The notes: generated by a model from the sequence alone, not told the origin. Numbered from the stretch's first letter, positions 27,555 to 37,735 are shown. The stretch is DNA of 64,000 nt from Clostridia bacterium (GCA_045627045.1 JAZQMY010000054.1:19629-83628); one strand, 5' to 3'. Translations and numbers: made by a program.

Positions 27555-28319
27555 TCAGAGATTGCCGAAATTGCTTCTGAGGTAATCGATTGAGAACTTG
27601 AGCTCACCGAACGGATCAGGCATATCGGGTGCATTATCTTGCTCAACGAGGAGATATTTTACTCCTGAATCCATGAGAGCAGGGATAACGTCACGGAAGT
27701 TGATGTTTCCGTCGCCGCAGGCAGCAATTCTCGGAGCGAAGCCCTCGCCGATCTTGTAGTCCTTGAGGTGGGCACACTCTATTCTGCCGTTGAGCTTTCT
27801 GACGTATTCGATAACTGAAACACCGCCGTGCTGGAGCCAGAATGTATCGACAGTGAAGTTTACGTTTGGAGCGTTGTCAATCATGTATTCGAGAACCGTC
27901 TGACCGTTTGCCATTTTGCGGAGCTCCATTGAATGATGATGATAGAAGAAGTGGAAGCCGTTCTTTGCCATGTAGTCTGCGGCAACGTTGAGCATATCAA
28001 CGCCCTTCTTTGTTTCAACGTCATCGGCAACGTAGTTGCCGGGCATTGCGCCCAGACCGATGTTGTGACAGCCGAAGGACTCATGCTCCTTCATGAGAGC
28101 GTCTGTATCGTTGAGGATCCTGTCCATAGGAACGTGTGTGAGAACGATGGGAAGACCTGTTGCCTGTGATACTTCTTTGATCACGGCAGGATCATACTTG
28201 CCGCCGGAGAACTGAAGGAAACTGTATCCCATATCCTTGAGTCTGAAAGCAGTGTTGAGAAAGTCCTCTCTTGTCTGAATGGCTGTTCTGATAGTGTAAA
28301 GATTCAATCCGAATTCCAT
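27555..28319 (-). CDS. Sugar phosphate isomerase/epimerase (xylose isomerase-like TIM barrel)
   Basis: GLNLYTIR, YHHH..E, DTFW, HLKD, GDGNINF, VEQD; start at ATG 28319. Confidence 0.87.
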   Translation of the reverse strand: MEFGLNLYTIRTAIQTREDFLNTAFRLKDMGYSFLQFSGGKYDPAVIKEVSQATGLPIVLTHVPMDRILNDTDALMKEHESFGCHNIGLGAMPGNYVADDVETKKGVDMLNVAADYMAKNGFHFFYHHHSMELRKMANGQTVLEYMIDNAPNVNFTVDTFWLQHGGVSVIEYVRKLNGRIECAHLKDYKIGEGFAPRIAACGDGNINFRDVIPALMDSGVKYLLVEQDNAPDMPDPFGELKFSIDYLRSNFGNL

Positions 28320-28424
28320 AGTAATATTTCCTTTCAAAATAAGAAAAATCTTGTATTGCATAAATGCAGGATACTTTTGATAATATTATATACCTCAATT
28401 GCATTTTTTTCAAGCCCAAACAAC

Positions 28425-28453
28425 AAAAAACTCCCGCCGCAAGGCATGGGAGT
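28425..28453 (-). terminator. Intrinsic terminator after gerW/ytfJ
   Basis: Minus strand ACTCCCATGCC-TTGC-GGCGGGAG-TTTTTT. Confidence 0.65.
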
Positions 28454-28490
28454 CTTCTGAAGTATGAAGGAAGATAAAAATATAAGAAAA

Positions 28491-28880
28491 TCAGCTCTGC
28501 TTTCTGACTATGTTTTTTATTTTATCGATAAGCTCCGGAATTGAGCTTATGATGTGATCTAGAGGAGAATCAAAGTCCGATGAAATGAGCCTGATGCCCT
28601 CCGGCTCGGAAACGATAAAGCCCATAGGCTTTATGCTTACGCCCGACGCTCCGCCTCCTATGAAATTGAGACTGTCGGAGGGGTTCTCCTTTGCTTTGCG
28701 CAGAACGGAATCGTTCAGCTCTCCTCCTCCGCTTAAAAATCCGAAGCTGACCTTTGAAAAAGGTATCACCGTATGCGCATCATCAATTATCATCGGCTTT
28801 CCTATCACCGTATCAACGTCCACCATATTGCGTATTTCACGGAGCGTTGTTTCCATTGTATCCTGTATCGGTCCTGACAT
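28491..28880 (-). CDS. gerW: GerW/YtfJ family sporulation/germination protein
   Basis: MVDVDTVIGKP, VIPFSKVSFGFLSGG, GGGASGVSIKP. Confidence 0.9.
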   Translation of the reverse strand: MSGPIQDTMETTLREIRNMVDVDTVIGKPMIIDDAHTVIPFSKVSFGFLSGGGELNDSVLRKAKENPSDSLNFIGGGASGVSIKPMGFIVSEPEGIRLISSDFDSPLDHIISSIPELIDKIKNIVRKQS

Positions 28881-29376
28881 TATGTTTTTTGTTCCTTTCG
28901 GCAGTAGATTTTTTTATGCGGGAAATAATTTCCGTAAGTATTGCCCCTATAATATTGCCCACACGGAAAGAAAATATACAATCGATATCGAATTTCAGAC
29001 AGCTTTTCTCAAAGTCCGGACGGACGGAGATGAGGAGATCCGATTTTTCAAGCTTCTGAAAAAAGAGCGATACAAATTCGGCAAAGCAGATCCTCACCGC
29101 CGCAACCAAAAGCGCATCAGAGAAGGCATCACCCGTGCCTGCGGCAAGCCTGAGGCGGAATCTCTCTATTTCAAGCTTCCTGATGGCAAAGCTTATTGTT
29201 TCTGCGGCAGGGACGAGGGGAGATTTGTGCTTTTTGACAAGGCTGAGCTTCCCCGAAAACGGAAGCGGGATAAAAAGCCTGAAAATCTCCTTCTCAAGAG
29301 AAAAGACGAACCGTATTTTCACCGGTATGTGAAGCAGAACGGCGAGAAATGCCGCTATCGAAAGAAATACAAACAA
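28837..29376 (-). CDS. YtfI-like (DUF2953) protein
   Basis: AAGGAGG RBS with TTG start, N-terminal transmembrane helix, GTGDA and VRPDF motifs, upstream of ytfJ as in the ytfIJ operon. Confidence 0.75.
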   Translation of the reverse strand: MFVFLSIAAFLAVLLHIPVKIRFVFSLEKEIFRLFIPLPFSGKLSLVKKHKSPLVPAAETISFAIRKLEIERFRLRLAAGTGDAFSDALLVAAVRICFAEFVSLFFQKLEKSDLLISVRPDFEKSCLKFDIDCIFSFRVGNIIGAILTEIISRIKKSTAERNKKHNVRTDTGYNGNNAP

Positions 29377-29499
29377 AAAATACGCCTCCTTTTCACTGAT
29401 TATAGACGGATAATATATTTTTTATTCCTGCGGCATATATTTCACAGAGTGCTTTTTCAATATCGTATTAAAGCACGGGAAAGGTCAGGTTTTACGGCA

Positions 29500-31035
29500 T
29501 TGAAAAGGACAAAGAAATTTCTGATGAACGCCGCTGTTCTCTCTGTCACATCACTTGTCATGCAGAGCATCAGTCTTGCGTTCGGTATATTCATCTCGTC
29601 AAGGGTCGGCGCAGAAGGGATGGGACTTTATTCACTTGTCATGGCGGCATCGGGGCTTGCGGTGACGTTTGCGACATCGGGAATACATCTTGCGACAGTG
29701 AGGCTTGTTTCCGAAGCGACTGCAAGAGATTCCGACAGGGATGTGAGAGAATCAATGAAGCGGTGCATTGCTTATGCGCTTGTATTCGGTGCGGCGGCTT
29801 TTGCAATAATGTTCTCGCTTGCGGACACAGTGGGAACAAAGCTTCTCGGGGAACCGAGAACGGTGACCTGCCTTAAAATAACAGCCGTCTCAATGCCCTT
29901 CATTGCACTCTCAACGACTTTTTCGGGGTATTTCAGTGCGGTAAGGCGTGTGACGAAATCAGCGGCGGTGAGGGTCGCTGACGGTCTTCTGAGCATCGGC
30001 GCAGTTGCCGTCGGGCTTGAAATACTGCTTCCGATGGGGACGGAGTATGCCTGCATTGCGATCACACTCGGGAATGCGTTTTCGGAATGCATGACGTTCA
30101 TACTGATGCTCGTGCTGTTCCTTGCCGACATAAAGCGTTACGGAAGAGGCGGAGAAATGCAGAGAGGCCTTTCGAAAAAGATGCTTGGGATAACCGTTCC
30201 CGTTGCGCTCACGGCATATTTCAAATCGGGGCTCAGCACTGCCAAGAATCTGCTCATACCCGAAAGCCTGAGGAAATACGGAAACGACAGGGGCACGGCT
30301 CTTGCACAGTACGGAATGCTTACGGGAATGGCTATGCCCGTGATAACATTTCCACAGGTGATAATAAGCTCATTTTCGGGGCTGATGGTGCCTGAAATTA
30401 CGGGCGCAAGGGAAAAGAAGCATTATAATAACGTCAGGTATATCATTACGAGGATAACGGGCATAGTGACGGTGTTTTCAATAGGTGCGGCGGCGGCGCT
30501 CTTCACATTCGGGAAGGATATCGGAATGGTGTTCTATTCGGATGCATCGGCGGCAAAATACATAAGGATGCTTTCGCCTCTTGTGCCTGTGCTCTATACG
30601 GACGGAATAGTCGATGCGGCGCTTACGGGCCTCAACGAGCAGGTGAAGTCCATGAAGATAAACATACTTGATTCGCTGATGAGCATATTGTTCGTATTGT
30701 TCCTGATACCGAGAGTGGGGGCGATGGGCTGGGTGATAATGATGTACTTCTGCAAGAGCGTGAACGCTCTGCTCAGTTTGAGGTGCCTGAAAAAGAGCGC
30801 AGGCTTTGTGATGCCGGTGACAGACAGGATAATAAAGCCGCTTCTGTGTGCGGCGGCTGCGGCGTTGTTTACGGTGTTCGTGAAGAACGTTTTCGGGATA
30901 CACACGGTGAATGTCCCCGTGCTTACAGGAGAGCTGATTTTTATGTCGACGGTTTATTGGGCGGCGCTGAGAGTGACGGGAACCGTGCCGGATGAGGATA
31001 TTAAGTGGATAAAAGAAATATTGAAAAGAGAATAG
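29500..31035 (+). CDS. SpoVB-like MOP/MATE flippase (polysaccharide biosynthesis family)
   Basis: SRVGAEGMGLY, YGMLTGMAMP, LVPVLYTD, many transmembrane helices; likely start TTG 29500 rather than 28585. Confidence 0.82.
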   Translation: MKRTKKFLMNAAVLSVTSLVMQSISLAFGIFISSRVGAEGMGLYSLVMAASGLAVTFATSGIHLATVRLVSEATARDSDRDVRESMKRCIAYALVFGAAAFAIMFSLADTVGTKLLGEPRTVTCLKITAVSMPFIALSTTFSGYFSAVRRVTKSAAVRVADGLLSIGAVAVGLEILLPMGTEYACIAITLGNAFSECMTFILMLVLFLADIKRYGRGGEMQRGLSKKMLGITVPVALTAYFKSGLSTAKNLLIPESLRKYGNDRGTALAQYGMLTGMAMPVITFPQVIISSFSGLMVPEITGAREKKHYNNVRYIITRITGIVTVFSIGAAAALFTFGKDIGMVFYSDASAAKYIRMLSPLVPVLYTDGIVDAALTGLNEQVKSMKINILDSLMSILFVLFLIPRVGAMGWVIMMYFCKSVNALLSLRCLKKSAGFVMPVTDRIIKPLLCAAAAALFTVFVKNVFGIHTVNVPVLTGELIFMSTVYWAALRVTGTVPDEDIKWIKEILKRE

Positions 31036-31226
31036 ACCTTAGGGGTGCTTTTAGAAAAAAGAACCACTAAGAACCCCGAAAACCAATCTGAACGATCTTC
31101 CTCAGCGATGGTCGCTTCGGAGATCGTTCTATTTGTGTTCAAGCATTGCGAAGCAGGTTTTGGCGGGGTGCAGGGACGGAGTTCCACAAACAACAGTCCC
31201 AATAACCATAGACTTTGAATAAAAAA

Positions 31227-31261
31227 GTTATCTTCTTGCAAAGCCTACGCAGGAAGATAAC
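31227..31261 (-). terminator. Intrinsic terminator for the Cys-repeat lipoprotein gene
   Basis: GTTATCTTCTTGC...GCAGGAAGATAAC stem preceded on + by AAAAAA (U-tract on the minus strand). Confidence 0.65.
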
Positions 31262-31293
31262 GGGGTTAATGTGCCGATTATTGATATAATTCC

Positions 31294-31319
31294 GTAGGGC
31301 GGGTAGATTGCTCCCGCCC
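31294..31319 (+). repeat. GTAG-type REP-like palindrome
   Basis: GTAG tetranucleotide followed by GGCGGG-TAGATTGCT-CCCGCC hairpin; single copy in the window. Confidence 0.45.
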
Positions 31320-31336
31320 CCAATAACATCATATTT

Positions 31337-32662
31337 TTAATAACTGGCAGGTTGAACAATCCAAGTACTCTTCTCTATATGTCCATAGTTATCTTTAACA
31401 GTGACTTGCAAAACCATTCCATTAACAGTTAATGCAGACTCGAATCCGTATGTAGTGGAAGAACTAAAATCAACTGTGCAAGATGAAATGGGAACGTTAC
31501 TTCCTTCATTTGAAAAAACTTCATATTTATATTGCAAAGGTCCATAACCGCCTGAGGCTGAGATGGAAAAGAAGACAGACTTTTTGTAACTATTTATTGA
31601 AACGCCTCCGGTTTCATTTATTGTAATATTGATTTTTTCAATATTTTTTTCATATTTATTGCCGCATATTGAACATTTTCCTTCAATGTGCTCATCTTTT
31701 TGATTTGTTTTTGCAATATAGGTTTCAACGTAAACGTGGTCAGTTTTAGGAACGACTTCGGTTTTTATCGTTGTATTGCAAATGGAACAAATCTGATGTT
31801 TACTTCCGTTTTTAGTGCAAGTAGGTTCGATATCAGTTATCCAATTACCGCCTAAGTGACCCAATGCATTTATTTCAAAGGAATCCATAGTATCTCCGCA
31901 AATGGAACAAATTTGACGAAAAACACCTTTTTCAACACAGGTTGGTTCAGAATCTATAATCCACTTGAGGTCTCCGTGACCGGTGGCTTTTGTTACCTCG
32001 GAATTAATAGTATCTCCGCAAACGGAACAAACCTGATGCTTTTTTCCGTTTTCAGTACAAGTAGGTTCTATGTCAGTTATCCACTCGCCTTTTGTATGCT
32101 TAGTTTTATTAATTTCTTCTGTTTTTAGAGTTTCTCCGCAAACGGTACATGCCAGATGTTTCTGTCCCACAGAAAAACAAGTGGGATCTTTGTCAATTAT
32201 CCACATACCCGCAGTATGCTCAATTATTTCAATCTCTTCTGTTTTTAGAATTTCTCCGCAAACGGTACATGCCAGATGTTTCTGTCCCACAGAAAGACAA
32301 GTGGGATCTTTGTCAATTATCCACATACCCGCAGTATGCTCAATTATTTCAATCTCTTCTGTATTCAGAATTTTTCCGCAAACAGTGCATTCCAGATGTT
32401 TCTGCCCTTTAATAGAACAAGTAGGTTCTTTGTCAATTACCCATTCACCAGCAATATGTCCGATAGGATCAATTATTGCCTCTTGTTCTTCTCCACATTC
32501 GCATATCCCTATTTTTAAGCCGGATTCTTCGCAGGTCGTTTCTTTAATGATATGCCAATCGTCAAATTCATGAATATGAGTTTGATTTGTTTTGCAAGAG
32601 GCTGACAGATAAACTAAGATTACAAAACTCAATAATAGAATTGTCTTTTTTAAAATACTCAT
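31337..32662 (-). CDS. Lipoprotein with tandem 40-aa Cys/His-rich repeats
   Basis: Lipobox LSASC; repeat HxxGxWIIDxEPTCxxxGxKHxxCxxCG; AT-rich relative to its neighbours. Confidence 0.85.
   Translation of the reverse strand: MSILKKTILLLSFVILVYLSASCKTNQTHIHEFDDWHIIKETTCEESGLKIGICECGEEQEAIIDPIGHIAGEWVIDKEPTCSIKGQKHLECTVCGKILNTEEIEIIEHTAGMWIIDKDPTCLSVGQKHLACTVCGEILKTEEIEIIEHTAGMWIIDKDPTCFSVGQKHLACTVCGETLKTEEINKTKHTKGEWITDIEPTCTENGKKHQVCSVCGDTINSEVTKATGHGDLKWIIDSEPTCVEKGVFRQICSICGDTMDSFEINALGHLGGNWITDIEPTCTKNGSKHQICSICNTTIKTEVVPKTDHVYVETYIAKTNQKDEHIEGKCSICGNKYEKNIEKINITINETGGVSINSYKKSVFFSISASGGYGPLQYKYEVFSNEGSNVPISSCTVDFSSSTTYGFESALTVNGMVLQVTVKDNYGHIEKSTWIVQPASY
31739..32572 (-). repeat. Intragenic 120-bp tandem repeat (about 7 units)
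   Basis: 32101-32220 and 32221-32340 are nearly identical; the periodicity continues on both sides. Confidence 0.9.
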
Positions 32663-32777
32663 TTTTTACCATCCTAAATTCTTATATGGAATTAAGTACA
32701 TTATAATTCCATATTAGAAATTTGTCAAGCATTATTTGCAATATAATTTTGATTGAGAATAATAATGGAGGACAAGT

Positions 32778-33026
32778 ATGAAATTACGCAAAAAATCTTA
32801 TGGAAATAATAATTTGGTTGGCAAGAACATAGAGCGATTGAGAAAGAAGATGGGAATTAAACAAAAGGATTTTATTGCTCAAATTCAGACTATGGGATGT
32901 GATATGAATCCAACAAGTTACTCAAAACTTGAGGGACAGTTAAGATATGCAACTGACAAAGAGATATATGTTATAGCAAAAATACTTGAAGTGGATATGG
33001 AAAAACTGTTTGAGAAAGAAAAATAA
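32778..33026 (+). CDS. XRE-family HTH transcriptional regulator
   Basis: VGKNIERLRKKMGIKQ...YSKLEGQLR; GGAGG RBS; divergent from the lipoprotein gene. Confidence 0.88.
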   Translation: MKLRKKSYGNNNLVGKNIERLRKKMGIKQKDFIAQIQTMGCDMNPTSYSKLEGQLRYATDKEIYVIAKILEVDMEKLFEKEK

Positions 33027-33111
33027 GAATAGTTGTATATGCAAAAATGATATAAAATTGTTGTACAGAGAAAAGAAGAAACGCAAAAAGTTGGCATTTA
33101 TTAAAAAACAG

Positions 33112-33143
33112 ATCCCATTATCAAAAATTGCTGATAATGGGAT
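33112..33143. terminator. Terminator between the XRE gene and potD
   Basis: ATCCCATTATCA...TGATAATGGGAT 12-bp stem. Confidence 0.7.
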
Positions 33144-33174
33144 TTGATATATTATTGTTTTTTGTGAAAAATAA

Positions 33175-34287
33175 TCAGTTTATCTTTATCGTTTCCCAGA
33201 GAGAATTGATGTAGCCGAGTGTTTCACTGTCAAGATTGCGGTAAGCGTATGTGTTGTAATTGCTCTTGAAGTTTGTGATTTCCGTGTAGAGGATTTCCAT
33301 TGCATCCTCGCCCATATAGTCGATATACTCCTCGTCGGTATAAACTATCTTGTTCGGAGAAGCGTAGTATGTGTACTCTGCATTTGCAACTGCGGCATCG
33401 CGTGAGAGCATGAAGTTGATGAAGATCTCTGCAAGCTCCTTCTGCTGACAGCATGACGGAATGCACATAGCATCAATGTAGTAATTTGTCGGCTCGGGAT
33501 AATAGAATTTGAGGTCAACGTCGTCTGCTTCGTTATCGAGCATTGTAAAGTAGTCGCCTGCGTAGTAAGCACCGATTGCGGTTTCACCTGATTCCATCTT
33601 ATCGAAAATCTCATCCATTACGAGACCGTATCTCAATGAACGCTGTGCGTTGAGCAATTCAGCGGCTTTGTCCCATTCTGTCTTGTCTGTTGTGTTGACG
33701 CTGATTCCGAGCTTATACATAGCAGTTGCGAATGCATCACGGGAATTGTTGAACTGAAGTATCTTGCCCTTGTACTTTTCGTTCCAGAGGAGATCCCAGC
33801 CGTTTGCATCAGCCTCGTCTACCTGATTTGCATCGTAGATAACGCCGACAATGCCGTATGCGTAAGGAACGGAATAGAGGTTTTCTGTATCGTAGTAGAG
33901 ATCCCTGAATTCGTTATCGATATTGGCATAGTTCGGAATGTTGTCGAAATTGAGAGGGAGAAGTCTACCTTCGTTTCTGAGTCTGTCAACCATGTAGTCG
34001 GAAGGAATGATGATATCATAACTTACGGCACCTGTGCTGAGCTTTGCATACATATCCTCGTTGCTTGTGAAGGTGTCATAGTTTACCTTGACTTTTACGC
34101 CGTAGGTCTTTTCATACCACTTTTCAAATTCCTTGACAGTGTAATATGAACCCTCACTGCCGTCCGAAATGTATTCGCCCCAGTTGTAAACGTTGAGGAC
34201 GAGCTTGTCTGAGCTGCAGCCTGAAAGGCATACCGTAAGTGAGAATACCATTGCTGCTGCAAGGATGAATGAAATGATTTTTTTCAA
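33175..34287 (-). CDS. potD: Spermidine/putrescine ABC transporter substrate-binding lipoprotein
   Basis: Lipobox LSGC, LNVYNWGEYI, SNEDMYAK, PSDYMV. Confidence 0.93.
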   Translation of the reverse strand: MKKIISFILAAAMVFSLTVCLSGCSSDKLVLNVYNWGEYISDGSEGSYYTVKEFEKWYEKTYGVKVKVNYDTFTSNEDMYAKLSTGAVSYDIIIPSDYMVDRLRNEGRLLPLNFDNIPNYANIDNEFRDLYYDTENLYSVPYAYGIVGVIYDANQVDEADANGWDLLWNEKYKGKILQFNNSRDAFATAMYKLGISVNTTDKTEWDKAAELLNAQRSLRYGLVMDEIFDKMESGETAIGAYYAGDYFTMLDNEADDVDLKFYYPEPTNYYIDAMCIPSCCQQKELAEIFINFMLSRDAAVANAEYTYYASPNKIVYTDEEYIDYMGEDAMEILYTEITNFKSNYNTYAYRNLDSETLGYINSLWETIKIN

Positions 34288-34318
34288 GAGATTGTCTCCT
34301 TTAATAAATTATTTTATT

Positions 34319-35170
34319 TTAACAAACTGTTGACTTGTCGGTCTTTTTATGCTTTGAAGCGTGCGGCTTTGATTTTAACTTTGACTTTGAAGGATCCTTG
34401 TCGGCTGCGTTTGAGAGAATGAGCAGAACAAGAATTGCAAAGAAGATGATAGTTGCAAGAGCATACATTTTCGGAGTTACGGTCTTCTTTGTCATGCTGT
34501 ATATTCTGATAGGCAGTGTCTGGAAACCGTTGCCTGTGGTGAAGTAGCTTATAACGAAGTCATCGAGTGAGAGCGTGAAAGCCATTATCATGCCTGTGAT
34601 GACGCCGGGGAGGATGTCGGGAAGCACCACCTTGAAGAACGCCTTCAGAGGAGGACAACCGAGATCTCTTGCCGCCTCGTGGATGGAGGGATCGAGCTGC
34701 TGAAGCTTCGGAAGCACCTGAAGTATCACATACGGCAGACAGAAAGTGATGTGGGCTATGAGCATTGTCGAGAAGTTGAGGCTTGTTGCCGAGCCGAATA
34801 TTCTGCCTATGAAAACGAACATGAGCATGAGTGAAATACCTGTGATGATATCAGGATTTATCATAGGAATGTTCGTTACGGTGTCGATTGCGAAGCGGTA
34901 GAGCTTGTTCTGGATCTTGTTGATGCCGACTGCGGCGGCTGTGCCCATCACAGTTGCGATGGCGGCAGAGCTTGCGGCAAGAATGAGAGTATTCTTTACG
35001 GACTGGAGCGTTGTTTCATCGTTGAAAAGCTCCTTGTACCACTTGAGTGAGAAGCCCGAGAAAACAGAAAGGCTCTTTGCTTCATTGAAGGAGAAGATAA
35101 GCATTATTATTATCGGCGCAAAGAGGAATACTATTGCAAGTCCGAGATAAATTTTTGAGAGTGTTTTCAT
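34319..35170 (-). CDS. potC: Spermidine/putrescine ABC transporter permease
   Basis: FSFN, FSLKWY, EAARDLG loop, FTLSLDDF, TLPIRIY. Confidence 0.93.
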   Translation of the reverse strand: MKTLSKIYLGLAIVFLFAPIIIMLIFSFNEAKSLSVFSGFSLKWYKELFNDETTLQSVKNTLILAASSAAIATVMGTAAAVGINKIQNKLYRFAIDTVTNIPMINPDIITGISLMLMFVFIGRIFGSATSLNFSTMLIAHITFCLPYVILQVLPKLQQLDPSIHEAARDLGCPPLKAFFKVVLPDILPGVITGMIMAFTLSLDDFVISYFTTGNGFQTLPIRIYSMTKKTVTPKMYALATIIFFAILVLLILSNAADKDPSKSKLKSKPHASKHKKTDKSTVC

Positions 35171-36063
35171 CTTTTGCCTCCTTCTGTCTGTTTATTTGTA
35201 TATTTCTGGAAAACTGCCATGACCGCAAGAAGAACAATCATCATAACGAATGCGATCGCAGCGGCAAAGTGCAGGTTGTTTGCTACGTACTGCCCTTCGA
35301 TGGCATCACCGATGAGGAAGAACTTGCCGTTACCGAGCTTCTGGGAAATGTAGAAGGTGCTGATGGAAGGTATCAGAACCATCATGATTCCGGAAGATAC
35401 GCCCGGCATACTCAGAGGGAGAATTACACGTCTGAAAACGCCTGCGTTGTTGCAGCCGAGGTCTCTTGCGGCTTCGATGAGCTTATTGTCCATCTTTGCC
35501 ATAATGGAGTATATCGGGAGCACCATGTACGGGAAGAAGTCATATACCATACCGATGACAACTGCGGATTCTGTTCCGATGATGTGTATCGGTCTGATGT
35601 TGATGGCATCGAGAAGGTTATTGATAATGCCTGTATCCTGGAGGATAGTCATCCACGCATAGGTACGGATGAGGAAGTTCATCCACATAGGTATCATAAT
35701 GAGGGTGACGAGAGTCTTCTGTGCGGACGGCTTTGCCTTTGACATGATGTAGGCAAGAGGATATCCGAGGAGGAGGCATACGGCTGTCGATATCACGGCG
35801 AGCTTGAATGAACGCCAGAATATGAGCAGGTAGGTGTAGACTTCCTTTGAAGCACCGCTGTCCGAGGTTATGGTGGACGTGGTGGTGAAGAATTTGGTGA
35901 GATTGTCGAACGTGAAATTGAAGTCGTTATCCGTGAAAGCGTAGTAAGCAATGAATATCAGCGGGATGAGTATGAACAGGAGACCCCATACCGAGTACGG
36001 CACGACGATAAGCCTCTGCAGGAGCGAAGGCTTTTTTTGGATTGAAACCGTCTTCTGCTTCAT
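35167..36063 (-). CDS. potB: Spermidine/putrescine ABC transporter permease
   Basis: [26 protein letters not shown]. Confidence 0.93.
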   Translation of the reverse strand: MKQKTVSIQKKPSLLQRLIVVPYSVWGLLFILIPLIFIAYYAFTDNDFNFTFDNLTKFFTTTSTITSDSGASKEVYTYLLIFWRSFKLAVISTAVCLLLGYPLAYIMSKAKPSAQKTLVTLIMIPMWMNFLIRTYAWMTILQDTGIINNLLDAINIRPIHIIGTESAVVIGMVYDFFPYMVLPIYSIMAKMDNKLIEAARDLGCNNAGVFRRVILPLSMPGVSSGIMMVLIPSISTFYISQKLGNGKFFLIGDAIEGQYVANNLHFAAAIAFVMMIVLLAVMAVFQKYTNKQTEGGKR

Positions 36064-37184
36064 TCATCGATCTCACTTTCTGCATCCGAGAGCTCGTCGA
36101 GCTCATCACTGAATGAGGAGTAGTCACCGAACATACCTGAATATTCGGATTTGTGCATTATATGGATGGCATCAGGCTCGATGTAAAGACCGATGGATGC
36201 GCCCTCTGCGCAGTAGTCCGTTGTCTGGATCATCCACTTGAAGCCGCCGATGTCGACGATAATTTCATAGTGAACACCCATGAACGTTACGGATGTGACG
36301 GTGCCGCAAAGCATTCCGGATTCGACCGGCACGATATCAACGTCCTCCGGTCTTACGACAACGTCAACAGGCTCGTTCTTTTCAAAGCCTGAGTCAACGC
36401 AGTCGAATGTGTGCTTTGCAAACGTGACCCTTCTGTCCTCGTTCATGATGCCGTCGAGAATATTACTTTCACCGATGAAGTCGGCAACGAATGCGTTTCT
36501 GGGTTCGTTGTAAATATCCGTAGGAGAGCCTATCTGCTGAATTTTGCCGTCGGCCATGACAACGATGGTATCTGACATTGAGAGAGCCTCTTCCTGATCG
36601 TGAGTAACGAATATGAATGTGATTCCCGAAGCCTTCTGGATCTTCTTGAGCTCCTGTTGCATATCCTTACGAAGCTTGAGGTCGAGTGCGCCGAGAGGCT
36701 CATCGAGAAGAAGAAGCTTAGGGTGATTGATCATGGCTCTTGCTATTGCGACACGCTGCTGCTGACCGCCGGAGAGTGAATTCACGTTTCTCTCCTCAAA
36801 GCCTGCAAGCGCTACGAGCCTGAGCATTTCGGTTACACGCTCCTTTATCTCCTTCTTGGGAACCTTCTTTTCACGAAGAGAGAATGCGACGTTTTCGAAT
36901 ACGTTAAGATGTGGGAAAAGAGCATACTTCTGGAAAACAGTATTGAGATTTCTCTTGTGAGCGGGAACATCGTTTATTCTCTTGCCCTCAAAGAGCACAT
37001 CGCCTGTGGTAGGAGTGTCAAAGCCCGCAATGATACGGAGCGTTGTGGTTTTGCCGCAGCCCGAAGGGCCGAGAAGAGTAAGAAATTCATTCGGCTTTAC
37101 GGCAAGCTCGATATTGTTGAGAACGGTGACTCCGTCCTCGTATGTTTTGGTTACATTTTCAAGTTTTACTATATAGTCATCCAT
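36060..37184 (-). CDS. potA: Spermidine/putrescine ABC transporter ATPase
   Basis: [40 protein letters not shown] tail. Confidence 0.95.
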   Translation of the reverse strand: MDDYIVKLENVTKTYEDGVTVLNNIELAVKPNEFLTLLGPSGCGKTTTLRIIAGFDTPTTGDVLFEGKRINDVPAHKRNLNTVFQKYALFPHLNVFENVAFSLREKKVPKKEIKERVTEMLRLVALAGFEERNVNSLSGGQQQRVAIARAMINHPKLLLLDEPLGALDLKLRKDMQQELKKIQKASGITFIFVTHDQEEALSMSDTIVVMADGKIQQIGSPTDIYNEPRNAFVADFIGESNILDGIMNEDRRVTFAKHTFDCVDSGFEKNEPVDVVVRPEDVDIVPVESGMLCGTVTSVTFMGVHYEIIVDIGGFKWMIQTTDYCAEGASIGLYIEPDAIHIMHKSEYSGMFGDYSSFSDELDELSDAESEIDE

Positions 37185-37201
37185 ATTGATTTATCCTTCT
37201 G

Positions 37202-37735
37202 TCAGAAATTGGGAGGTGTTGAGACCCAGATGAACTTCAAGGGCCTTCTGTGCTTGTTTTCGATGTAGTGTGTCGTTTCGGCAGGGTAATAGAACGACAT
37301 ATTCTTTTTTGCCGTGTAGACCCTGTCACCAATGTGAATATCCGCTATGCCGTCAAGAACAAAGCCCCATTCCTCACCGGAGTGCGGGTTCTCAAAAGCC
37401 GTGGAAGCTCCTTCCTTAAGCTCAACGAGTATGGGCTCCATATCGTTTTTCTGCGAGTCAGGGACGAGCCATGTTATTTTTGAATCTTCGTTTTCGGTGA
37501 CAAACAAATCATTTTCGTCAAATACTATCTGACGGGCTTTACTTTCCGAAAAGAAATCACCGAGGTTTGTGCCGAGGCACTGAAGAATATCCGCAAGAGT
37601 GGAGATGGACGGAGAGGTCACGTCTGTTTCGAGCTGGGAGATATATCCCTTTGAAAGCTCTGTCCTGTCAGCAAGCTCCTGCTGAGTGAGTCCGTTTTTG
37701 ATACGGAGATCTTTGATTTTTGCGCCGAGTTCCAT
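37202..37735 (-). CDS. XRE-HTH plus cupin transcriptional regulator (PuuR/PotR-like)
   Basis: LTQQELADRTELSKGYISQLE HTH, PHSGEEWG cupin, STPPNF; first gene of the pot operon; start at ATG 37735. Confidence 0.9.
   Translation of the reverse strand: MELGAKIKDLRIKNGLTQQELADRTELSKGYISQLETDVTSPSISTLADILQCLGTNLGDFFSESKARQIVFDENDLFVTENEDSKITWLVPDSQKNDMEPILVELKEGASTAFENPHSGEEWGFVLDGIADIHIGDRVYTAKKNMSFYYPAETTHYIENKHRRPLKFIWVSTPPNF

Noticed and set aside
28585-29499. N-terminal 305 aa of the 816-aa ORF, which looked like a novel fusion to the SpoVB-like flippase
   Set aside because: It is the antisense shadow of ytfI and gerW/ytfJ; similarity and a plausible start begin at TTG 29500
31739-32572. 120-bp periodic repeat as a CRISPR or other non-coding array
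   Set aside because: In-frame coding repeat with no spacer structure and no cas genes
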